DNA from: Candidatus Cloacimonadales bacterium
GTDB lineage: Bacteria; Cloacimonadota; Cloacimonadia; Cloacimonadales; JAIOQZ01
DNA: 64,000 nucleotides
Reading direction: 5' to 3'
Assembly (NCBI GenBank): GCA_963674825.1
Contig: OY771587.1
Coordinates: 1,504,001-1,568,000, forward strand
The position numbers and the translations under genes are program-made. Shown one piece after another: positions 27,925-38,094 of this stretch. Below the pieces are notes generated by a model. It saw only the letters and a program-made list of their open reading frames with translations, had not been told where the DNA came from and did no database searches. The first letter of the stretch is position 1, and each line of letters begins with the position of its first letter.

Positions 27925-30798
27925 TTATTTTAGCATCACAGCCTTACGAACACTCGAGTATTTGCCGGCTTTCATCCTCACAAGGAATATACCGGAGCCA
28001 ACCGATCGGTTCCGCGAATCGGTGCCGTTCCATGTCACTTCATGCCACCCGGCATTGACACGACCTTCGTCAAGCCGCTTTACAAGCTGGCCGCGGAGAT
28101 TGTAAATATCCAGCACAACCCGTTCTTCTTTCGCAAGGCCGTACCTGAATGTAGTCGATGGATTGAACGGGTTCGGGTAGATACCGGCAAAGGAATCGAA
28201 CGTTGGAATCATTTCCGGATCTGTTCCCTGCCATTCGAACTCCGTTTCAGCCGGATCGGATTCTCCGGTTGTATAAACGCAGGTCACACCGATAGTATGC
28301 ACGCCTGCTGACGGGGTTTCCCAGAAATAATATGTCTCGGAAACATTCTGCAGCAGCTCACCATCCAGATAGACATTGAAGCTCTGCAAACTGCGGTTCC
28401 AGGGCAATTCCCATCTCACCAGCGCTCCGCCTTCAGCGTTATCAACCGTCAGATTGATGGGCGCGAACAGCGTTTCGATCAGCTCGATATCCATCTCGTA
28501 ATCCTGCTCAATCACGATATTGTTCTGACCAAAGTCGTCGTATAGGTCAAAATCGACTTCAAGATCGTAGGTTCCGTGCGCAATATACGGGAAAATAATC
28601 TCGCCATTTGCTGGAGCGATGGCCGAGTATACGTGGTTGGGATTACCATCCTGGTTGGTGAACGTCAATTCCGCACCCTGTGGTGATTCTCCGCTGTTGA
28701 GCGAGATATTGAAGATCGCCGGGCTGGCATCATCGTTGGATACGGTCATGCAAATCGGAATCTCGACCATCGGAGTTGCCGGGTCGTTGCTCGATATCTG
28801 CGCTACCGCGTCATAAGCTCCAAGCTCCATGCCGATCGAATTGAACACCAGTGTGATATCTGTCGATTCTCCAGGCGCAAGGCTCCCTGAGCTGGTAACG
28901 GCTTCCACCCAACCCGGACCGCAGGAGAGTTCCACAGCCAGACCGCTTGTGACATAATCAGCGTTATAGACAACCTGTAATCCATCGGTGCCCAAAGAGT
29001 TCTCGATGCCGACCGTCGCGGTGTCGAGCGACCCAGTCATCGATTCGTACAGGAAGGTGATCCTGCCACCCTGACGTATCCGGGCTTGCAACGTAATTCC
29101 GCCGGTTCCAGAATAATAGGCCCAGTTATTGAACTGGATGACAAATTCGTTGCCGTCCTGCATCGTGTATGCCGTACCGCCATTACTTCCGTCCATATCG
29201 TCCCAGAACGGGCAGATGATGTTGTTGGGAGTTGATGCGGTAGGAATCGGAGCGTTAGAATACGCCGTCATGTTGACATTTTCGGCTGCGAATCCAATGA
29301 ATCCGTTTGAATTCAGGTAAACCTGATTGTACGTGAAGCCGTAGTAAGTGAAATCGAATCCGAGATCGAATGGACCTGCATAGCCTTCATCCATCGGATC
29401 GAAGGAGGAGGTTGCAATCCAGTTCGTAATCTGGGTGCCCTCGGATGTGATATCCTCCCAGATATACTCGGGACCGTCCGGTTCGTTGCTGTCGACCCAG
29501 GTGTATCCGAATTGATCTGGACCTCCCTCGTCACGGGTTTGAGGCATGCCGGTTCCATGCTCCTCAAAACCCTTGGGCGGAAGAGAAGCTTCCGGCGTGA
29601 TCGGGGCTTCGAGGATCAGCACTTCCCGGTTGAGTTCCACCAGGTCAAGCGCGAATTCGAGGACGCTATTGCCATCGTTGGTGATGGTAATCGTCTGAGT
29701 TTCGTTACCTGTTTCAGGTGGAAGCATCACATTCATCTCGTACGGACCGGCGACAATCACAGGTGGTTCGAGGCAGCTTGCCATGACATCGAGCACAACG
29801 TTGCCGTCGGGATCGTTGCTGTAGATAGTAAGCTGCTCGGAGGCTTCTATCGATGAAGCAGGATCGCAGGTGATCTGTACTGTTGCCGATTCACCCGTAT
29901 CGAGCGTCCAGGGACCTGTCTGGTCAAGCGAGAAAACATCCCCGGAAATGGTGATGTTGCTCACCTCCAGCGGCTGGAGCCCCATGTTCAGGATATCGAG
30001 ACAGAATGTCTGTGGATATCCGATGAAAACGCTCTGGAAATCGACTTCATCGTACGACGTACACAGCGCAGGTACATTGCCCTCTGCCAGAAAAGCAAAG
30101 TAGCGTGCCATAAGCTGCACTTTTGTATTGGCTCCTTCGCCATCGCGATAAGAGCCGAAGATAACAGATGAAAAGATTGTTCGGTAGTCGTTTTCTCCAA
30201 CGTTGTAAACACCGCAACACGTACCGGATTGCGTCTGTTGATATTCCATTCCGCCATCAGCGTTGAGAACATCGACCAGATAATCCGATTCACCGGTGTT
30301 ATCATATTCAAAAGCAAGGTTATTCATGAAACCCAGGGGGGCACCGTTGATACCGGTGACAGTACCTGCGTTATCACTTACGTATTCAGTACCGAAGTAG
30401 CTGAATAGTGTGGTGTTGAAATGATCGGAGCCGAAATCGACTCCTTCGACATAGATGGCATTGCCATCTTCCAAAAAATTGACCAGTCTGGCCTGTTCAG
30501 CGGTGCCGACCGCACCGGGTGGTGTGCTTCCGCATCCTAAACACCACACTCCTAATGTGATGAAAATCACATCATAACCAGACAGATCGGTAGGCAGTGA
30601 GCTGACGTTGGTAAAACCTATTCCAAGGTCCGTCAGCGCGTTCTGCAAGCCAACCTGGCATCCCACCGAGCTTCCCGTCTCCGGATCGGCAATGGTCGAG
30701 CCATTGTCGTTATCCCAGAGCAGCACCTCCTGTGCGTTGCAAACCGCAAGGAGCATCAGAAACCCGATCAGGACACCAACACGCTTCAATGTGCGCAT
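27925..30798 (-). CDS. Secreted Ig-rich multidomain protein with FlgD-Ig/T9SS-like tail (paralogue 2)
   Basis: Same domain order as 24486..27290. Start placed at ATG 30798 (MRTLKRV, AGGAGGT RBS) rather than 30834. Confidence 0.8.
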   Translation of the reverse strand: MRTLKRVGVLIGFLMLLAVCNAQEVLLWDNDNGSTIADPETGSSVGCQVGLQNALTDLGIGFTNVSSLPTDLSGYDVIFITLGVWCLGCGSTPPGAVGTAEQARLVNFLEDGNAIYVEGVDFGSDHFNTTLFSYFGTEYVSDNAGTVTGINGAPLGFMNNLAFEYDNTGESDYLVDVLNADGGMEYQQTQSGTCCGVYNVGENDYRTIFSSVIFGSYRDGEGANTKVQLMARYFAFLAEGNVPALCTSYDEVDFQSVFIGYPQTFCLDILNMGLQPLEVSNITISGDVFSLDQTGPWTLDTGESATVQITCDPASSIEASEQLTIYSNDPDGNVVLDVMASCLEPPVIVAGPYEMNVMLPPETGNETQTITITNDGNSVLEFALDLVELNREVLILEAPITPEASLPPKGFEEHGTGMPQTRDEGGPDQFGYTWVDSNEPDGPEYIWEDITSEGTQITNWIATSSFDPMDEGYAGPFDLGFDFTYYGFTYNQVYLNSNGFIGFAAENVNMTAYSNAPIPTASTPNNIICPFWDDMDGSNGGTAYTMQDGNEFVIQFNNWAYYSGTGGITLQARIRQGGRITFLYESMTGSLDTATVGIENSLGTDGLQVVYNADYVTSGLAVELSCGPGWVEAVTSSGSLAPGESTDITLVFNSIGMELGAYDAVAQISSNDPATPMVEIPICMTVSNDDASPAIFNISLNSGESPQGAELTFTNQDGNPNHVYSAIAPANGEIIFPYIAHGTYDLEVDFDLYDDFGQNNIVIEQDYEMDIELIETLFAPINLTVDNAEGGALVRWELPWNRSLQSFNVYLDGELLQNVSETYYFWETPSAGVHTIGVTCVYTTGESDPAETEFEWQGTDPEMIPTFDSFAGIYPNPFNPSTTFRYGLAKEERVVLDIYNLRGQLVKRLDEGRVNAGWHEVTWNGTDSRNRSVGSGIFLVRMKAGKYSSVRKAVMLK

Positions 30799-30867
30799 TG
30801 CGTACCTCCTGTCCTGTGGGGAGTGTCTTATCAAGGAACATGCATGAAAAGTAATGAGTAAAATATA

Positions 30868-30897
30868 GCTGTCAGTGATTATATAATCACTGACAGC
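30868..30897. promoter_or_regulatory. Perfect 30-bp palindrome in a divergent intergenic region
   Basis: GCTGTCAGTGATTAT|ATAATCACTGACAGC, no spacer; contains TATAAT on both strands. Confidence 0.6.
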
Positions 30898-31023
30898 ATG
30901 GATTTAATGCATGATTTGTACCATCTATTAATCGAATCTGTTCGATATACCCGAAATAAAAAAAACATTTACAGGAATATCTCGATTCGCTTCCATAGCG
31001 AAAAGCACTCTATCGGAGGTTTC

Positions 31024-31353
31024 ATGGAATTCATTACCGATCGCCACGACAATATCGTCATCTTCAAGATTACGGAAAAACTCGACTCTCTTTCAGCTCC
31101 TAAAGCCGAAAAAGCACTCCTTCCAGCAATCGAGGAAAACGGCAAATACATCCTGAACATGGGCCAACTCACCCACATCAGCAGTGCCGGACTTCGCGTC
31201 TTGCTCATGGCTGCAAAGAAGGTTCGCTCCACAAACAGCCGCATGATCCTTTGCGATATGTCTGAAACGATCCACGAGATCTTCGACATCGCTGGTTTCT
31301 CATCCATTTTCGAAATCAAGGGCTCTCAACAGGAGGCAATACAGGCGCTCTAA
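31024..31353 (+). CDS. STAS domain anti-sigma factor antagonist
   Basis: ATG 31024 after GGAGGT; HISSAGLRVLL phosphorylatable-Ser motif; EIFDIAGF. Confidence 0.9.
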   Translation: MEFITDRHDNIVIFKITEKLDSLSAPKAEKALLPAIEENGKYILNMGQLTHISSAGLRVLLMAAKKVRSTNSRMILCDMSETIHEIFDIAGFSSIFEIKGSQQEAIQAL

Positions 31354-33431
31354 TACAGCCTGAACATTGGGATGTCGATTGCACCAAATACACAAGCTCG
31401 ATACGCATCGATATCGGTTCTATTATTCACTTTGCGGAAGTTGGGGAGCATCTGACCTCCAAACCCAAATGTAATAGCCGTATTGGGTAAAGCATAGATA
31501 ATGAACGCCCCAGGTGCAAAGACGGAACTGAACTTCCAGTCCTGTGTCGATACATCTCCTCTGCTTTCAAAGAAGCTCATCTGGGAGTAAGTGCCCAAAT
31601 CGAGAACCGAGATCAGCATACCCAGGTTAACCTTGTTTGCTGGCTGGAATGTGAATTCAAGGCCAATCGGCATCATCAAACCGCATGTTGCATACTTACT
31701 CTCAATTTTTTCGGACTCATATGTTGCCTTTTCCCAACCACCCATTAGTCCGACATAGCTGTTGATGTAACATCCAAAGATCTTTTTATCGTCTGTTCTC
31801 GCATTACGTTTTGCCAGATAGCTTGTCTCAGGTAGAGCATATTTCTCATAAACTTCCCGTACATCATTGGCATCTTTCACACTGGCAAAAGCAGAAAGGA
31901 TTTCGATTGTCCGTTGGAAGTCGGTGTTCAGGAGATTTATATCAATTGACACATCTCCACCATCACTCATGATCTCAAGAATCACAACCAGTTGCCGAAT
32001 CGAATTTTGATAATCCTTATTTCTCAGGCAGGTTGCAAAACGGGACAGCTCACTGGCGTATTTCATGATGTTTTTCAAATCATCGGAAATTGAGGTGCTG
32101 TCATTCTCAAACACATTTATTCCATTACAATAGGTTATGAGGTTCAGGAAATCACTCGAAAGATCGAATGTCAGTTCGCAGATTCGATCGAGACCAGCTT
32201 TGCCTGATTTGATTTCTGCATTGATTTTTTGGGTGGTTTCCGCCACCTGTGTCATCAGATGATAGAGCTTGAGAAGACTATCTGGAGCAAAGAATTTTTC
32301 CGTATTGATTAACGCCTCTATGTCAGTCATCTCGGCGTATTTCAACACAACCAGAGATAGCGCATCACATCGATTCTCGGTGGGTATCGATTCGATATCG
32401 ACTTCGTACAGATATGAAAGCATGCATAGCCATTGCTTTAACGCCTGGTCATTGATGTTGGTACTCCTCCCGAGGATCGCCGAACTGATAGATTTACCTT
32501 CGAGATAGTCTCCCAGAATACCCATCAACTGCATTATATCTCGAACCTTTTCCGCATTAGATGATTCTGTTTTCGAAACGAGATATTCCGTCAGCATCAT
32601 TTCAAGAAATTGCCTGATATCACTCCTCATGAACTCGCTCATCATTTTTGTGTCAGGAAGCTCCCTCAGTGTTCCCGATTCACCACGCTCAAGGCTCTTC
32701 AGATAATTGCCGGTAGCTTTGAAATTACCCTTTAAGACATTAGCGCCCTTGATATCTTTGTCGTATATTCTGCTGAAGAAGCTTATCATGATGGTTTTTT
32801 GAGCACGATCCATCATGAAATCTGCCGTCCCTTCGATGATGATCTCTTCCCAATCCTGAGAGTCACTAACAATCACGGCTTCATCGATGGATTCTTCGTT
32901 CAGATCAGGCTCTGCAAGGCATATGGAACACGGTACATGAGATAGCTCTATATCGTTCCTCTTGAGTACTTCCTTGATCTCATCCCTTTTCAGGGTCTTT
33001 CTGATAGCTCTTTCCACTTTGTCTGTTTTTTCATTTCTCACAGTCTCGTAGATTGAATCCAGGCTCGCCGATGCCTGTCGGGCAGCAATGACATCCAGAC
33101 GATTCTCGATTCTCTTCCGAAAGGAATCCAGACTCTCAGCGCAGAATACAGCTTTGCACCCATTCCCGCTATATAGTGCTTCGATCTTATCAAGAGTCCA
33201 AAGCACTTCGGTCAAATCTTCCGCCCGTAGCAAAACAGAAACCCGCAGCGAATCGTAATAGTTAAGTAATTCCAATAAGTCCAATCGAGCACTTTCGGGC
33301 GATATTGATCCTCTTATTGACAGCGCTTCCTTCCTGATATCTTCGATTGGTTTTGCGAAAAGTGGAGTGCTCAATAGCGACATCAACAAAAGCAGAAAAA
33401 TGAAACAAATTCGGAAATATCCTGTACGCAT
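31350..33431 (-). CDS. Secreted hypothetical protein with helical N-terminal region and beta-rich C-terminus
   Basis: Signal peptide, GGAGG RBS, 693 aa; C-terminal alternating hydrophobic strands ending in an aromatic residue. Confidence 0.7.
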   Translation of the reverse strand: MRTGYFRICFIFLLLLMSLLSTPLFAKPIEDIRKEALSIRGSISPESARLDLLELLNYYDSLRVSVLLRAEDLTEVLWTLDKIEALYSGNGCKAVFCAESLDSFRKRIENRLDVIAARQASASLDSIYETVRNEKTDKVERAIRKTLKRDEIKEVLKRNDIELSHVPCSICLAEPDLNEESIDEAVIVSDSQDWEEIIIEGTADFMMDRAQKTIMISFFSRIYDKDIKGANVLKGNFKATGNYLKSLERGESGTLRELPDTKMMSEFMRSDIRQFLEMMLTEYLVSKTESSNAEKVRDIMQLMGILGDYLEGKSISSAILGRSTNINDQALKQWLCMLSYLYEVDIESIPTENRCDALSLVVLKYAEMTDIEALINTEKFFAPDSLLKLYHLMTQVAETTQKINAEIKSGKAGLDRICELTFDLSSDFLNLITYCNGINVFENDSTSISDDLKNIMKYASELSRFATCLRNKDYQNSIRQLVVILEIMSDGGDVSIDINLLNTDFQRTIEILSAFASVKDANDVREVYEKYALPETSYLAKRNARTDDKKIFGCYINSYVGLMGGWEKATYESEKIESKYATCGLMMPIGLEFTFQPANKVNLGMLISVLDLGTYSQMSFFESRGDVSTQDWKFSSVFAPGAFIIYALPNTAITFGFGGQMLPNFRKVNNRTDIDAYRACVFGAIDIPMFRLY

Positions 33432-33647
33432 GGGATCCTCCCAAAACTTAAAAAGTGTTGATTAGTCATGAAAAGTTGGTGCTGACATTTCACTATTCAA
33501 GGACGTTTTTCACAAAATGCCATAAGCAGCTATAGAATTGACACCCGAACATCTCAGGTCAAGAAATTTTACTAAAATTATTCACATTAATGTATTTGCT
33601 TTAATGAGGTTATTTTTTAGCGTATTTTAAGCATGCTAATCATGTGG

Positions 33648-34991
33648 TCAGTTTATCTTTTTTATTACACCGTACGCATTCTGCTCCATTTTCAGGAATT
33701 CTCTCAGCATGTCCTGCTGCTGGACGCGGCTTTCTTCGGACCAGCTTTCGAACAAATTCTCGTTGACCGGATTCGGGACTTCTTGAAGCATCATGTGCAG
33801 TAGAGATGCTTCTGCAGTGTAGATATCGGCCAATGTATAGATGTCGTCATTCGGTTTGCCGAATCGCTCAATATTATCCCTGAGATAGTTGGCAGTAACA
33901 CCGCGCGCTTCTTTCAAGCTCTGGGTAATCCACCAGTTTGCCAGCATAATCTCGCTTCCGTCCTCTTCGCTCATGTTTTCGAAGAAGTTGGGATTTGTGA
34001 GGGCAGAAATCCAGTACTCAACCGCCTTAAGACCATTGAAATAGTGCTCATAGCGACTGGTTTCATAGAGCATTTTAGCTAACTTCAGGGATTTTCCGTA
34101 TTCTTTATCAAGGGGTTTTTCTTTATAATCATCGATAACGCAGATGACCCAGGGAAATCTTTCAGCGATGTCATACCCCTTGGTATAATCGTAATAGCAT
34201 CTTGTGAAGAGCTCCTGGCCGTCCTTCTGATAACCCGTTATAAGCCCCCATTCAGCATTATTGATCAGGTCAATAGCGATCACAGGATAACCACGATCAA
34301 TGCTATTCTTGATTAGTTTCAACATCGCATTCTGGCTCCGAAAAGAAGTCTCGTATTCCTTCAGTTCATTCGTATCCATATTCGCCTGAATGCCTTCTTT
34401 CCAGTAGAAGCTCACCTTGTACCCTAAAATATCAAGGATCCTGGCTCCACTGTTAAATCCGGTGGTTGCATCTGGTGATGATGGACACCATTGATCGAAG
34501 AAGTGAAGACGGAAACCGTATCCCGAGAGACCTACGATGTCCTCGTATGATATACCCCGTCCGAATCGTTCATCCAACCTGTAAACAGCCCCCAGAAACG
34601 AGTTTTCCATGCCAGATTCCCAGCGAAGCGGTCCAATTTTCTGGATCACTACGGCATCATCGTCAATGGAATGTTCCGGATCCCATTCGGCCAAATATGC
34701 TCCAAGCCTTCCCCTGGGTATTGTTATCTTGATATGACCTTCTCCGCGAACCAGCAGCATCTCCACAGTTTCGGCGGTAATCGCATCCTTTGCCGAATTG
34801 AGCATCCTAATGGATTCCACTGGCTCCTTGTTATAAGCCACGATATAATCGCCAATTTGCGCACCGGCTTTTTCGAGCGGAGAATCCTTCGCAAATTTTA
34901 TGACTTCCAGGCCCTTGCCATCTTTTCGTGCGTTCTGGCAAGCCATCAGAAATGCGATCAGGCCTATAACGAAGAATATCATATACTTCAT
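33648..34991 (-). CDS. Lipoprotein with N-terminal PDZ domain and an uncharacterised C-terminal domain
   Basis: Lipobox LMAC; DSPLEKAGAQIGDYIVAYN (PDZ); IKNSIDRGYPVIA...EWGLITGY resembles BtrH/C39-like folds. Confidence 0.65.
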   Translation of the reverse strand: MKYMIFFVIGLIAFLMACQNARKDGKGLEVIKFAKDSPLEKAGAQIGDYIVAYNKEPVESIRMLNSAKDAITAETVEMLLVRGEGHIKITIPRGRLGAYLAEWDPEHSIDDDAVVIQKIGPLRWESGMENSFLGAVYRLDERFGRGISYEDIVGLSGYGFRLHFFDQWCPSSPDATTGFNSGARILDILGYKVSFYWKEGIQANMDTNELKEYETSFRSQNAMLKLIKNSIDRGYPVIAIDLINNAEWGLITGYQKDGQELFTRCYYDYTKGYDIAERFPWVICVIDDYKEKPLDKEYGKSLKLAKMLYETSRYEHYFNGLKAVEYWISALTNPNFFENMSEEDGSEIMLANWWITQSLKEARGVTANYLRDNIERFGKPNDDIYTLADIYTAEASLLHMMLQEVPNPVNENLFESWSEESRVQQQDMLREFLKMEQNAYGVIKKIN

Positions 34992-35084
34992 AATTCCTCA
35001 CAAACATATAAGGATAATCTTGAGCGATACAAGCAAACCCAGATTACTGAATAATATTCAAGATGGCAAGTTATTTAGTCGTGA

Positions 35085-36014
35085 TCAAATAGCAGAAGAA
35101 GTTTTTTTCTGGCGAATGCCGTTGTGCACTACAAATGAGATCGCACCGAGTATTACATCGACGATGAAATACATTACACGGTGAAGCGTCACACTTAGAA
35201 TAGCGGCTTCGGTAGGAAGAATAGCGGTAAGTCCAAGCACGATCACGCCCTCTCTTACACCAATACCTGCGGGTGCGATGGGCACACAGAAGCCAATCGC
35301 ATAGGCCAGTGCATAGAGTCCCGTAATGTACACGATTTGAGTAGCGTGGAGCGTTTCAGGGAAATAGGTGGATGTCAGCGTAACATAGCTAAGGCCGATG
35401 AAAGTCCAGATGAAAAATGAAATAAGCGCGATGACGATCGAACGGTACCATGTGAGTTTCGGAAAAGATGCGATCGCGAAGCCCCTCTTACGCCATATAA
35501 AAAAGGCTGTTCCAGCAACAACAACTCCCATAAATGCAAAAATAATCAATGCCGTGTGATATCTACCGAAAATTGCGAGTAGTGAAGATGTTCGCACACA
35601 CAGAATCACCGAGATACCGTAGACAAATGCGCTTCCCACAATGAGTGCAAATTCGTAGATCATACTATTACGCATGGTGGTACCGTCTATACCGACATTA
35701 CGGAGCAGCCCGACCCGACCGACAAACATGAAGATCGTTCCCGGTATATATTTTCCAAGCTGAGACATGTTGTAGATATTGATACACTCAGCTGGGTGTA
35801 GCTTTTTCCCGGTTAGTCGAATCGACTGGTACATGTTGGACGCGAGAAAGAATTTCCCAACGATCAGTAGCAGAAAACAGAAGATCAGGACGCGAAGCTT
35901 GATCTCCATAAGCGCAGCACCAATCTGTTCCCTATGCAGGATCGAGTATCGAACGATAAAGATCAGAACCAGCAGCATGAATGCGATATTAAGGATGTGT
36001 CGCAGCTTCTTCAT
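35085..36014 (-). CDS. Lysylphosphatidylglycerol synthase TM domain / UPF0104 flippase-like membrane protein
   Basis: Multiple TMs; SQLGKYIPG, APAGIGVREG, LHR motifs. Confidence 0.85.
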   Translation of the reverse strand: MKKLRHILNIAFMLLVLIFIVRYSILHREQIGAALMEIKLRVLIFCFLLLIVGKFFLASNMYQSIRLTGKKLHPAECINIYNMSQLGKYIPGTIFMFVGRVGLLRNVGIDGTTMRNSMIYEFALIVGSAFVYGISVILCVRTSSLLAIFGRYHTALIIFAFMGVVVAGTAFFIWRKRGFAIASFPKLTWYRSIVIALISFFIWTFIGLSYVTLTSTYFPETLHATQIVYITGLYALAYAIGFCVPIAPAGIGVREGVIVLGLTAILPTEAAILSVTLHRVMYFIVDVILGAISFVVHNGIRQKKTSSAI

Positions 36015-36021
36015 AGCGTTG

Positions 36022-37131
36022 TCAGAGGACCTCGAGCAATTTGATGATATAGAGATAGAGTTTCATGATCTTACGGGGGACCTTAAGAACGAGATGGGAT
36101 CGTTTACCTTTGCTCCACACCCAATTAAATATGAGGAAAAACGCAAGCAAGTCCTCTATTGGATTCGTTCGAATCCGGACTCGATCATGGATATTCATTC
36201 CGAAATGTTTACCCGCTTTGCTTCGCGAAGTTACGTTGTAGTGCAGCCGGATGGACCTCGACTGAGACTCGAGGATAAACTTGATGTTTTTTTGTTCCAC
36301 GACAAGCTTATTTGCATGACTCATCTTCTCAAGTATACTGGCTGCGATATCGTTTTTCGCGATAATACCGTTGTGCTTATGCTCTTTCGATTTCATTTGC
36401 ATAAGCCAGACATCCCCGATACAGAAATCGGCATCGTACCCGAAGTGGTCGTAACATGAAAGGCATTTCTTTTCAGCGAAAAAAAAGAGGTTATGGTACA
36501 GCGTATAACGTGCAGCCGGCGCTTGGATGATCTGCCCGTTTTCGAATTCGGCTTCGAGCTTGCCTCGCCAGCTTCCTTTGCGGAAAACAAAGCGCTTGAT
36601 CCGAGATCCTCCGGCCTGTTTTTCCAGATTGCGAATCGTCTGTTCGATCAACTCCGGTTCATTGTTATGCCCACAGAAAAGCGCGATGGTACAGACGATT
36701 TTCTGCCGTAATTCGTCGTCATTTTCCACCTGTTGCTTCAAAAACGTAAGCTGGCATGGCAGCCCAACAACAGCTACTCTCCCAGCAAAACCTCTGATCA
36801 TCGGCACAGCAACTCTGAAGAAGTCACTTTTCTGGTATTTACTGCCTTGAGCCAGAATGATTTCTTCCCTTGTCTTAGCGATATAATGCGAAACAGTGAG
36901 CCTTCCGTCATTGATTGCTGTAGTACAGACCAACGCGCCGTCGATTGCTCCCGTTTCCAGAAGCCAACCCAGAATAGTGGATGTCACGCCACCGGAAGCG
37001 GCATTGATGCGCATCTCGGGATCTTTTGAATAGGCGATACATGCGGATGAAAAAGGCCCAATGTAACGGTCGATTTTATCTTGAGGCCAAGATTTACTCA
37101 ATATCCGGTCAATCAGCTCGTATTTATTCAC
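36022..37131 (-). CDS. Coenzyme F420 hydrogenase/dehydrogenase beta-subunit (FrhB/FdhB)-like protein
   Basis: ASGGVTS, AQGSKY, VVGLPCQ, IALFC, KCLSCYDH...ADFCIGD. GTG start at 37131 with GAGGT RBS preferred over 37143. Confidence 0.85.
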   Translation of the reverse strand: MNKYELIDRILSKSWPQDKIDRYIGPFSSACIAYSKDPEMRINAASGGVTSTILGWLLETGAIDGALVCTTAINDGRLTVSHYIAKTREEIILAQGSKYQKSDFFRVAVPMIRGFAGRVAVVGLPCQLTFLKQQVENDDELRQKIVCTIALFCGHNNEPELIEQTIRNLEKQAGGSRIKRFVFRKGSWRGKLEAEFENGQIIQAPAARYTLYHNLFFFAEKKCLSCYDHFGYDADFCIGDVWLMQMKSKEHKHNGIIAKNDIAASILEKMSHANKLVVEQKNIKFILESQSRSIRLHYNVTSRSKAGKHFGMNIHDRVRIRTNPIEDLLAFFLIFNWVWSKGKRSHLVLKVPRKIMKLYLYIIKLLEVL

Positions 37132-37149
37132 AGCACACCTCAAGATTGC

Positions 37150-38094
37150 CTATTCGGCTCTACGGTTCATTTCCCGCATCATCTCGAGCATTTTTTCCAT
37201 CAGCTTGCGGTTAGTACTGATCATATCAGCGATAACGCCGATTAAAAAGGTAAAAATTCCCAACGTTATCAATATGGACGACACAATTAATGACTGCACA
37301 CGCCCCGAGGTTCCTGTAGAATAATAGAGATAAACAAAACGAATAATACCCAGGGTACCAAGCGAAAGCATAATTGCTGCAAGGATTGAGTAGATCCGCA
37401 TGGCATAATAGTATGAGTAGCTGCGCACCATGGTCACCATTTGATTTGTGATGAAATGCGGTATGCTGCGCATCAGGCGTGATTTGCGTGTATCCTCATT
37501 CAGATGAATAGGCATTGAGACAATTCTAAGGCGTTCGTATCCGAGCTGGATCAGATTTTCAGTTGTATAGGAGTAATTCGAAAGCGTATTGATTCGTCTG
37601 GCTGCGGAAGCTGAATAGGCTCGAAAACCGCAGACGGCATCGTTTACTGTTGTTCCAGCCATCGCGTTAACGGTCCAGGTGCCGATACGTTGGAGCTTCC
37701 GCTTGACCCAAGAATAGCGCTTGACCTTGTCAGTCTCGCGATCACCAATAACGACATCAGCTGTGTGCTCGACGATAGGTTTGACCAGATTCGGGATAAG
37801 ATTACCAGGAAAAGCGTTATCTCCATCGGTATTGACAATGATGTCAGCACCTTCTTCCAAGCACCTTTTCAGTCCAGCAGAAAATGCCGCCGAGAGCCCA
37901 CGATTCCCAGCAAACGAAACGATATGGTGAATCCCCAACTCCTTCGCAACTTCAACAGTTCGATCCGTGCTTCCGTCGTTGATAATCAGGTATTCGATTG
38001 TATCTATGCCCGGGATTTCATGCGGCAGGTCGGCGTAGGTCAAGGGAAGTGTCTTTTCTTCGTTATAGCAGGGAATTTGTATGATTAACTTCAT
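37150..38094 (-). CDS. Glycosyltransferase family 2 (polyprenol-phosphate glycosyltransferase-like, two C-terminal TMs)
   Basis: IPCYNEE, INDGSTDRT, NRGL, NTDGD (DXD), CGFRAY. Confidence 0.9.
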   Translation of the reverse strand: MKLIIQIPCYNEEKTLPLTYADLPHEIPGIDTIEYLIINDGSTDRTVEVAKELGIHHIVSFAGNRGLSAAFSAGLKRCLEEGADIIVNTDGDNAFPGNLIPNLVKPIVEHTADVVIGDRETDKVKRYSWVKRKLQRIGTWTVNAMAGTTVNDAVCGFRAYSASAARRINTLSNYSYTTENLIQLGYERLRIVSMPIHLNEDTRKSRLMRSIPHFITNQMVTMVRSYSYYYAMRIYSILAAIMLSLGTLGIIRFVYLYYSTGTSGRVQSLIVSSILITLGIFTFLIGVIADMISTNRKLMEKMLEMMREMNRRAE

